Source: Methanomassiliicoccales archaeon
Lineage (GTDB): Archaea; Thermoplasmatota; Thermoplasmata; RBG-16-68-12; SOIM01
Length of the DNA: 64,000 bases
Direction: 5' to 3'
NCBI GenBank assembly: GCA_030593885.1
Contig: JAUVGH010000003.1
Coordinates: 3,011 to 67,010 of the forward strand
The notes beneath the pieces are model-generated. The model searched no databases. It was not told the DNA's origin and was given only the letters and a program-made list of their open reading frames with translations. Below are positions 56,414 through 63,599 of the stretch, piece after piece. The number at the start of each line of letters is the position of its first letter. Position 1 is the stretch's first letter. The position numbers were made by a program, and so were the translations under genes.

Positions 56414-59400
56414 ATGGCAGAACTGGAATTCCAACCAGAGCTCATTGGACGAGAGAGCGAATTGGAGGTGCTGGAAGGACATCTGGTGAGAGCATCTGAA
56501 GGGAAGGGAGCAACTGTCTTCATTTCTGGAGAGGCTGGAATCGGCAAGACGCGATTGATGAATGAGCTGAAGCAAATCGCAGAGACCAAGGGTTTCCGTG
56601 TGCTGTCAGGTCACAGCTTGTATGAATCCATGACACCTTACATGCCATTCCGAGAGGCTTTGATGTCGGGGGGATTAGAATACCTTTTTGCAGATAAGTC
56701 CCCGAGGGTCGAGGCAGTCTATTTGGTGACTGATGTTGGATTGCTGGTAAAAGAGGTTGTAAGGAAAGGTACTCATTTGGACGCAGACATATTCTCGTCC
56801 ACCTTGACCACTGTGGCCGACTTCGTCAAAGAATCTCTATCGGTTTTCAGGGGAGATGAGGCGCGCGATAGTCTGAACAGAATCGGGTACGGCGATTACG
56901 TCATTCTCATCGAAAGTGAAGGAGGCAAGAACCTGGTAGTTATTCTCACAGGCAGAGAGAACGAATTCCTGATAGATGATATGAGGGGAGTGCTCAAGGA
57001 AGTCGAGAGCAAGTACGGAGATGTGCTCAAAGATTGGGATGGTGATGAGGGGGGAGTGGAGAGCATAGACGATCTGCTGAAGACGCTCATGACCTCGGGG
57101 AAGTACGACGGAACATATTATGGAGAGGCGAATCCGGAGGCGAGAAGGAATCTGTTGATGGAAAACGTCACCCTGGGCCTGAGCAGACTATCCCATACGG
57201 TGCCGACGCTCTTGTGCATAGATGATCTTCAGTGGGCGGACCCCTCAACGCTTGCCTTGATGCATTATCTTGCAAGGAACACAGTGACATCTGGAGTATT
57301 CGTCCTGGGAGCATATCGACCTGAGGACCTGGTGACTAAAGGGGGGGAGGGACATCCTCTCAATGACAGGATTCGGTTGATGAGCCGAGAGGGACTGCAT
57401 GAAGGAATGGAACTGGGAAGATTGCCTTGGGAAACCATCTCCTCCTTCCTTCCGTCTCTGCTGGGCGATGTCGATTTCGATGAGGAATTTGAGCGAAGAA
57501 TTCACAAGGAAACAGAAGGAAACCCTTTGTTCATCATTGAACTGGCAAGACTGATGGTTGAAGAAGGGATCATAGCAAAGGACAACGGAACGTGGAAACT
57601 TGGGACGAGTATGGACGAGGTAAACGTGCCATCCAAGATACATGACGTAATCCTAAGGAAATTGGACAGATTGGGCACAGAGAAGAGAAGGATTCTGGAC
57701 TACGCCTCGGTCATAGGAGAAGTATTCAGGTCCGAGATACTTGCAGCATCTCTGGAACTAGAGAGAATCAGATTGCTGGAGCTATTGCGCAATCTGGAAC
57801 AGACTCACAAACTGGTTCATTCCCAGAATGAGGGATACAGATTCGACCACTCAAAGGTCAAAGAAGTGCTATATGGCAAGATTCCTGCAGAACTCAAAAG
57901 AGAATATCATTCCGTGATAGCTGACTCCATCAAATCGCTGAACAGAGATAGCCTGGATGAAGTTGTAGAGGACTTGGCATTCCATTACTACCGTGGTAGG
58001 AACAAGGAAGAGGCACTTCGTTATCTTATCAAAGCGGCAGACAAATGCAAGAAAGAGTACTCAAACGAAGAGGCGACACGATTCTACAATGAGGCTCTGG
58101 AACTGGAAGAGGATGCGCAGAAGAGATTGGAAGTATTCGAGGGTTTGGGAGACATTTACAGATTAATCGGAGACTATGAGAAGAGCGTAGAGTCCTACGA
58201 GAGCGCATTGGAATTGATCGAAGAGAAGAGAAAGAAGGCTGAGGTCAAGACCAGGATTGGGGCCGTCTACACGAGAAAGGGTGAGTATGGCAACGCAATA
58301 AAGGTCTGCACCGAGGCATGGAACTCAGTTGAAGGTGAGGATTGCGAGGAGGAGGCCTTTGCCCTCAACTACATCGGCGTCGTGCATTACGAAAGAGGAG
58401 AATACGACAGAGCCCTCAAGTCCTACGAGAAGAGCCTTGAGATAAGGGAGAAGAGGGGGGACCAGAAGGGCATTGCAGGATCCTTCAACAACATCGGCAA
58501 TGTGCATTGGAGAATGGGAGAATACGACAGGGCCCTCAAGTCCTACGAGAGGAGCCTTGAGTTGAGTGAGAAGACCGGCGACCAGGAGTTTACCGCAATT
58601 CACCTCGGGAACATTGGCGTTGTGCATTTCGATAGAGGGGAATACGATAGGGCCCTCGAGTACTACGAGAGGAGCCTTGAGATAAGGGAGGAGATCGGCG
58701 ACCAGGAGGGGATTGCACTCACCCTCAACAGCTTCGGCAATGTGCATACTGAGAGAGGAGAATACGATAGGGCCCTCGAGTACTACGAGAGGAGTCTGGG
58801 GATATCGGAGAAGATCGGCGACCAGCACAGGATTGCAAGACCCCTCAACAACGTCGGCAGTGTGCATTGGAGCATGGGAGAATACGACAGGGCCCTCGAG
58901 TACTACGAGAGGAGTCTGGAGATTAATGAGAAGATTGGCGACCAGGACGGGATTGCAACCAACCTCAACGGCATCGGCAATGTGCATTGGAGCATGGGAG
59001 AATACGACAGGGCCCTCGGGTACCACGAGAGGAGTCTGGGGATATCGGAGAAGATTGGCGACAGGGAAGGAGCCACTGAGTCATACTGTCGCATTGCAGA
59101 AGTCTATTTTGAAAAGAGAAATCTGAGAAGAGCACTGGATTTCTGCAATAGAGCATTTGACCTGTCCAGAGAGGTTGGTTTGAAGGAGAGCGAGGCAGCA
59201 TCAAGGAGAATCTTCGGAAAGATCCATAGAGAGCGAGAAAAGTGGAAGGAATCGATTGAAGAATTCGAGGAGAGCATCAGGATATTCGAGGAGATTGGAA
59301 TGAAGAAGGGGTTAGGAGACTCCCACTACGAGTTCGGTCTCATGTATAAGGACAAAGGTGATACGGGCAAAGCAAAGGAGTATCTGGACAAGGCAGCTGC

Positions 59401-59470
59401 GATATTCGAAGGGATGCACTTGGATCTGCAGTTGGATGAGGTGAGGAAAGCCCTAGATGGACTGACCTGA
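56414..59470 (+). CDS. STAND (AAA_16-type) ATPase with internal Roadblock/LC7-like insertion and C-terminal TPR array
   Basis: The N-terminus GRESELEVLEGHL, Walker A GEAGIGKT and Walker B LLCIDDLQWAD follow the AAA_16 pattern. The EGNPLFIIEL helical arm follows, then at least 9 TPR units, six of them nearly identical (GEYDRAL..Y.RSL.I.EKIGDQ). The gene starts 18 bp after the GTPase stop. Confidence 0.8.
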   Translation: MAELEFQPELIGRESELEVLEGHLVRASEGKGATVFISGEAGIGKTRLMNELKQIAETKGFRVLSGHSLYESMTPYMPFREALMSGGLEYLFADKSPRVEAVYLVTDVGLLVKEVVRKGTHLDADIFSSTLTTVADFVKESLSVFRGDEARDSLNRIGYGDYVILIESEGGKNLVVILTGRENEFLIDDMRGVLKEVESKYGDVLKDWDGDEGGVESIDDLLKTLMTSGKYDGTYYGEANPEARRNLLMENVTLGLSRLSHTVPTLLCIDDLQWADPSTLALMHYLARNTVTSGVFVLGAYRPEDLVTKGGEGHPLNDRIRLMSREGLHEGMELGRLPWETISSFLPSLLGDVDFDEEFERRIHKETEGNPLFIIELARLMVEEGIIAKDNGTWKLGTSMDEVNVPSKIHDVILRKLDRLGTEKRRILDYASVIGEVFRSEILAASLELERIRLLELLRNLEQTHKLVHSQNEGYRFDHSKVKEVLYGKIPAELKREYHSVIADSIKSLNRDSLDEVVEDLAFHYYRGRNKEEALRYLIKAADKCKKEYSNEEATRFYNEALELEEDAQKRLEVFEGLGDIYRLIGDYEKSVESYESALELIEEKRKKAEVKTRIGAVYTRKGEYGNAIKVCTEAWNSVEGEDCEEEAFALNYIGVVHYERGEYDRALKSYEKSLEIREKRGDQKGIAGSFNNIGNVHWRMGEYDRALKSYERSLELSEKTGDQEFTAIHLGNIGVVHFDRGEYDRALEYYERSLEIREEIGDQEGIALTLNSFGNVHTERGEYDRALEYYERSLGISEKIGDQHRIARPLNNVGSVHWSMGEYDRALEYYERSLEINEKIGDQDGIATNLNGIGNVHWSMGEYDRALGYHERSLGISEKIGDREGATESYCRIAEVYFEKRNLRRALDFCNRAFDLSREVGLKESEAASRRIFGKIHREREKWKESIEEFEESIRIFEEIGMKKGLGDSHYEFGLMYKDKGDTGKAKEYLDKAAAIFEGMHLDLQLDEVRKALDGLT
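58397..59116 (+). repeat. Intragenic tandem repeat, six units of exactly 120 bp (40-aa TPR units)
   Basis: GGAGAATACGACAG(G/A)GCCCTC recurs, with minor variants, at 58397, 58517, 58637, 58757, 58877 and 58997, with long stretches of nucleotide identity. Confidence 0.85.
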
Positions 59471-59552
59471 GTGACGAGGTCAAAACGATTCTAACATCCG
59501 GAAGCAGTGAGTAAGCACTGAAGTATACTCCCCAGAACATATCATGAGTTCT

Positions 59553-60323
59553 TCATTCGAAGCCAAGAAGACAAGCCATATCATAACCTGACTGCGTCAG
59601 GTTCACCTTCCTCCGCCTGCCCAACTTCTCAATCTCAACGTATCCCACATCCACCAGTGGTTTCAAAATGGTCTTGGTGAGTTTGACCGTCAACCTTGTC
59701 TTCTCCGCCCGAAGTGTCATCTTTGTCACTTTGGTGTCGAACCCTGGGACTCCATTCCTTCTCAGTACGTCGAAGAGCTCCTGATAGGATTGGGACTTCT
59801 GTGGTGATGATGCAAGACTCCCAAGAACGCTGGTTCCCGCCTCGGAAGGTAACGAGAGCCCGAAACTGGGAACCATGATCGGATTCCCGAGCATTCCCCT
59901 GCTCAGACCATGCTTCTTCAGACCTTTCTCGGTTCTCATGTGCTCCTCGGGTCTGACATAGTATGCGTATCCCCGATCTCTCAAGTGTGCCATGGACGCA
60001 AGCATCCCTGCAACCGCGGCCAATTTTCCAGCAGAGGAGATGTTAACGTAGACCCGGTTCCCCTTCTTGACTTCCTCTTCGACCAATCTGGTCGTTTCCC
60101 GCATGAGACCTTTGAGATCGCTCTCGGAGTCAACTTTGGTGTGGACGACTTCGACCCCTTCACCCTTCAGTTCTTCTGACACGCGATGGAAGAAATGTCG
60201 TTGCATATCATGAGCATCGGGATTGCAGAGGAGATGCGCCCTGTGGGCCTTCATAGCCCGCACTGGAAGGACAGCCCTGTCCAACTCCCAGCCGAGTGGA
60301 ATGACGTGGACTAAGCGTTCCAT
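59553..60323 (-). CDS. Csa3/CARF-like Rossmann domain + C-terminal winged-helix regulator (DUF6293/HFX_2341-like)
   Basis: HVIPLGWELDRAVLPV, RAHLLCNP and VYVNISSAGKLAAVAGMLA mirror the CARF/Csa3 N-domain strand-helix pattern. The C-terminal ILKPLVDVGYVEIEKLGRRRKVNLTQSG looks like a wHTH. Confidence 0.45.
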   Translation of the reverse strand: MERLVHVIPLGWELDRAVLPVRAMKAHRAHLLCNPDAHDMQRHFFHRVSEELKGEGVEVVHTKVDSESDLKGLMRETTRLVEEEVKKGNRVYVNISSAGKLAAVAGMLASMAHLRDRGYAYYVRPEEHMRTEKGLKKHGLSRGMLGNPIMVPSFGLSLPSEAGTSVLGSLASSPQKSQSYQELFDVLRRNGVPGFDTKVTKMTLRAEKTRLTVKLTKTILKPLVDVGYVEIEKLGRRRKVNLTQSGYDMACLLGFE

Positions 60324-60447
60324 GCAGGGTAGAATGACGCAGGATGATTAAGATGTTTTCTATGTTTACTATCATGTTTTAGCATTAGACCAGTTTCTGG
60401 TGAAGCTCCAAATAACCTCGGCTGGACTTCAATATCGGGTTGATACC

Positions 60448-61464
60448 ATGAAATTGTGGAAAGTATTCCTCAGTTTGGTTACCGTGAGCCTGCTTTTGAC
60501 TGTCTCCTTGAGCATTCCCATGAATGCCTTGGTAGTGGGTGCGGCGCCACCGGACAAGTGCGATCCCTGGCCCGAGTGCAAAGATGGCGGGGGTGGCGAG
60601 GAGCCTTCAGCAGACCCAGCTATTGCATTCACAAGGAAAAAAGGTCTCATTTCAATACTCACGGTGATGAACGCTGATGGCACAAATCGGGTCGATTTAG
60701 ATTCCGAGCGTTATCTTCGAAACCCAACGTGGTCGCCAGATGGGTCTTCTATCGCCTATCTAAAAGGCGTGCCGCACAGTCTCTACCGTATCGATGTAGC
60801 GGTGGTCAATGGTACAGTGCAGGGAAGCGAGCCAACGCTTCTGTATGAAGACATCCAAATGGACCCCGCATGGTCACCTTTGGGCGATAAGATTGCATTC
60901 ATACAGAAGACCTACGACCCCTCTTTGGGTTATGACCGTCCAAGACTAGTCCAGACGATTTCACTTGGCGACGGTTCTGTTGAAACCTTGTATACGGCAG
61001 ATGAAGGACATTTTTTGCTGGACCCGACATGGAGCCCGGACGCCACTAGGATCGCGTTTGTAGGCTGGGCACGGATACTGGATGTCGGAAGATCGTATAT
61101 CGATATCCTAACAATTGGATCGGGAGAGCCTCCTGAGAGAGTCTATGAGTATGGATCGGTTGGCATAAGGGATTTGGATTGGTCGCGTACGCCGGACAAG
61201 CTGGCGTTTCAGTTATGGCCTTCCCTCGATGGATCCGAAGACAGTGCGATCTATACTCTTGACATAACGCAGAGCGATCCGACACCGCAGTTCGTTTCCG
61301 GAGAGAATTGCCGTTATCCTTCTTGGTCGCCCGACGATACTCAGTTGGTGTTTGACCGACCCGTCAGTCAAGTAAAGATCTTTACATATGACTTTGCGAC
61401 AGGGGAGACCACGGAGCTCGGGAAAGGTCGGGACCCAGACTGGAGCAGGCACGTAAGCAGTTAG
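60448..61464 (+). CDS. Secreted TolB-like beta-propeller protein (PD40/WD40-like repeats)
   Basis: Signal MKLWKVFLSLVTVSLLLTVSLS. The repeats are PTWSPDGSSIAY, PAWSPLGDKIAF, PTWSPDATRIAF, LDWSRTPDKLAF and PSWSPDDTQLVF. Confidence 0.7.
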   Translation: MKLWKVFLSLVTVSLLLTVSLSIPMNALVVGAAPPDKCDPWPECKDGGGGEEPSADPAIAFTRKKGLISILTVMNADGTNRVDLDSERYLRNPTWSPDGSSIAYLKGVPHSLYRIDVAVVNGTVQGSEPTLLYEDIQMDPAWSPLGDKIAFIQKTYDPSLGYDRPRLVQTISLGDGSVETLYTADEGHFLLDPTWSPDATRIAFVGWARILDVGRSYIDILTIGSGEPPERVYEYGSVGIRDLDWSRTPDKLAFQLWPSLDGSEDSAIYTLDITQSDPTPQFVSGENCRYPSWSPDDTQLVFDRPVSQVKIFTYDFATGETTELGKGRDPDWSRHVSS

Positions 61465-61622
61465 ACCCAATATGGCTCATGGCCTCCTAATGACAGCTGT
61501 GAGCCCTTTTGAACTTTCTTCTCATTCAGCCGAAGTTGAATCCCAACAAAATCTAAATATCCCCGCTCCCTTCTTACACAAGCTGAGAATTCCAGCACTA
61601 TGACAAAAGAAGAGGGGTAACA

Positions 61623-62444
61623 ATGGATTGGGGAATGCAGAACCGTTTGTCAAGGATAATCAAGCCGAGGACCGGCCACACGGTCATGCTTGCCGTGGAC
61701 CATGGATATTTCTTGGGACCGACCAGGAAGCTGGAGAGCCCCAGGGAGACCATCAAGCCGTTGCTTCCGCACGCGGATGCGCTCATGCTCACAAGGGGAG
61801 TTCTAAGATCTTCAGTGGACCCGGGCGCGAACACACCGGTCGTCCTGAGGGTCTCGGGAGGAACGAGCATAATCGGGGAGAACCTCGCCAATGAAGGCAT
61901 CACGACCTCGATGGAAGAGGCGTTGAGATTGAACGTCTCGGCAGTGGCTCTGTCCATCTTCGTTGGAACGCCTTACGAGAAGCAGACGTTGATGAACCTT
62001 TCAGAACTGGTCAACCAGGGGGAGGAGCACGGGATACCGGTGTTGGCGGTCACGGCCGTTGGCAAGGAGCTCGGGAAAAGGGACGCAAGGTATCTCGGTC
62101 TCTGCTGCAGGATCGCATCCGAGCTGGGAGCACATATCGTGAAGACCTACTACTGCGATGGTTTCGACAAGATCGTCGAGAGCACCCCGTCACCGATAGT
62201 CATCGCCGGCGGACCAAAACTGAAGACCGAACTGGACGCCTTCAAGATGACGTACGACGCCATCCAGGCGGGAGCCGTGGGCGTGGACATGGGCAGGAAC
62301 ATCTGGCAGCACGATTACCCGATAGCCATGATCAAGGGCGTCAGGTCCGTCGTTCACAAGAAGCACACTCCCAAGGAAGCTCACGATGTCTTCAAGAAGG
62401 AGAAGGCAAAGGTCGATAAGAGGAAACCCAAGAAGAAGAAATGA
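61623..62444 (+). CDS. DhnA-type class I aldolase family protein (FbaB / ADH-synthase / LsrF family) with Lys-rich tail
   Basis: GHTVMLAVDHGYFLGP, IVKTYY (Schiff-base Lys context), IAGGPK and VDMGRNIWQ. The C-terminal tail is KKEKAKVDKRKPKKKK. Confidence 0.72.
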   Translation: MDWGMQNRLSRIIKPRTGHTVMLAVDHGYFLGPTRKLESPRETIKPLLPHADALMLTRGVLRSSVDPGANTPVVLRVSGGTSIIGENLANEGITTSMEEALRLNVSAVALSIFVGTPYEKQTLMNLSELVNQGEEHGIPVLAVTAVGKELGKRDARYLGLCCRIASELGAHIVKTYYCDGFDKIVESTPSPIVIAGGPKLKTELDAFKMTYDAIQAGAVGVDMGRNIWQHDYPIAMIKGVRSVVHKKHTPKEAHDVFKKEKAKVDKRKPKKKK

Positions 62445-62492
62445 GCATCTCGATTCTAGCACGGATCTCTTCAACATCAGGAAGCCAAGGCT

Positions 62493-63518
62493 ATGCGCGT
62501 GGCGATGTACTATGAGAACAGCGACATCAGGCTAGAGGAGATGCCGAAGCCGGAGATCGGACCTGGTGAACTACTGGTGAAGGTTGTTGCCAGCGGTATC
62601 TGCGGCAGCGACGTGATGGAGTGGTACAGGATCAAGAAGGCGCCACTTGTTCTGGGTCATGAGATCGCTGGGGATGTTGTTGAGGTTGGAGATGGGTTCG
62701 CTGATTACAAAGAAGGGGACAGGGTCTTCGTCTCGCATCATGTTCCCTGCGGGGAATGCAAGTACTGCCAGGATGACCACGAATCCTGTTGCGATACATT
62801 GCGTACGACGAACTTCGATCCGGGTGGCTTCTCTGAATACGTGAGGATACCGGAGATCAATGTGCATCACGGGACCTATCTTCTGCCGGAGGAAATCTCA
62901 TACGAGGATGGCGTTTTCATAGAACCGCTGGCTTGTGTTGTCAGGGGGCAGAGATTCGCGGAGATGGAAGCGGGGAAATCGGTCTTGGTTCTTGGAAGCG
63001 GAATAGTTGGCCTTCTTCACATCAAACTGGCGAGGGCGAAAAGCGCGAGAAGAATCATCGCAACCGACGTGACGACCTTCCGTATGGAAGCTGCCAGGAA
63101 AGCGGGTGCTGACGAAGCCATAAGCGGAAAGGCGGACGTCCCTGCAAAGGTCAGGGAACTGAACGATGGAAGACTGGCCGACATCGTGATCGTTTGCACC
63201 GGATCCGTTCCAGCGATAAGACAGTCTATGCGTTCGGTCGATAGTGGTGGGACAATACTGTTCTTCGCCCCCACCGACCCGGGAGTGGAGATTCCGATAC
63301 CCTTCAACGACCTGTGGAGGGAGGAGATAACGATGGTCTCATCCTACGCGGGCTGCCCCGAGGACATCCGGGAGGCCATAGAGCTTCTCAGATCTGGAAA
63401 GGTGAATGTGGACGATCAGATTACCCACAGATTGGGTCTGGCAGACACTCAGAGAGGTTTCCAACTGGTTGCAGAGGCCGTGGACTCGATCAAGGTGATC
63501 ATTGAGCCAGGGAAATAG
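62493..63518 (+). CDS. Zinc-dependent medium-chain alcohol/polyol dehydrogenase (threonine/sorbitol dehydrogenase-like)
   Basis: GICGSDV, GHEIAGDVVEVG, the structural zinc CGECKYCQ...C and the NAD fold VLGSGIVGL. Confidence 0.85.
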   Translation: MRVAMYYENSDIRLEEMPKPEIGPGELLVKVVASGICGSDVMEWYRIKKAPLVLGHEIAGDVVEVGDGFADYKEGDRVFVSHHVPCGECKYCQDDHESCCDTLRTTNFDPGGFSEYVRIPEINVHHGTYLLPEEISYEDGVFIEPLACVVRGQRFAEMEAGKSVLVLGSGIVGLLHIKLARAKSARRIIATDVTTFRMEAARKAGADEAISGKADVPAKVRELNDGRLADIVIVCTGSVPAIRQSMRSVDSGGTILFFAPTDPGVEIPIPFNDLWREEITMVSSYAGCPEDIREAIELLRSGKVNVDDQITHRLGLADTQRGFQLVAEAVDSIKVIIEPGK

Positions 63519-63554
63519 CCAGGTCTTTCGTACGATCGAGGCAAAAGACATCGG

Positions 63555-63568
63555 TTTTATATATTAAA
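63555..63568 (+). promoter_or_regulatory. Strong TATA-like element TTTTATATATTAAA
   Basis: Lies about 30-45 bp upstream of the point where the downstream reading frame opens (63600). Confidence 0.45.
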
Positions 63569-63599
63569 CCCTAGTTTTCTATAGGAAACGGTGGTTTAG

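Noticed and set aside
58325-59026. 233-aa minus-strand ORF with striking internal repeats
   Set aside because: It is the antisense shadow of the 120-bp TPR repeats in the STAND gene. The sense frame has clear ATPase and TPR motifs, and the antisense periodicity is a mirror artefact.
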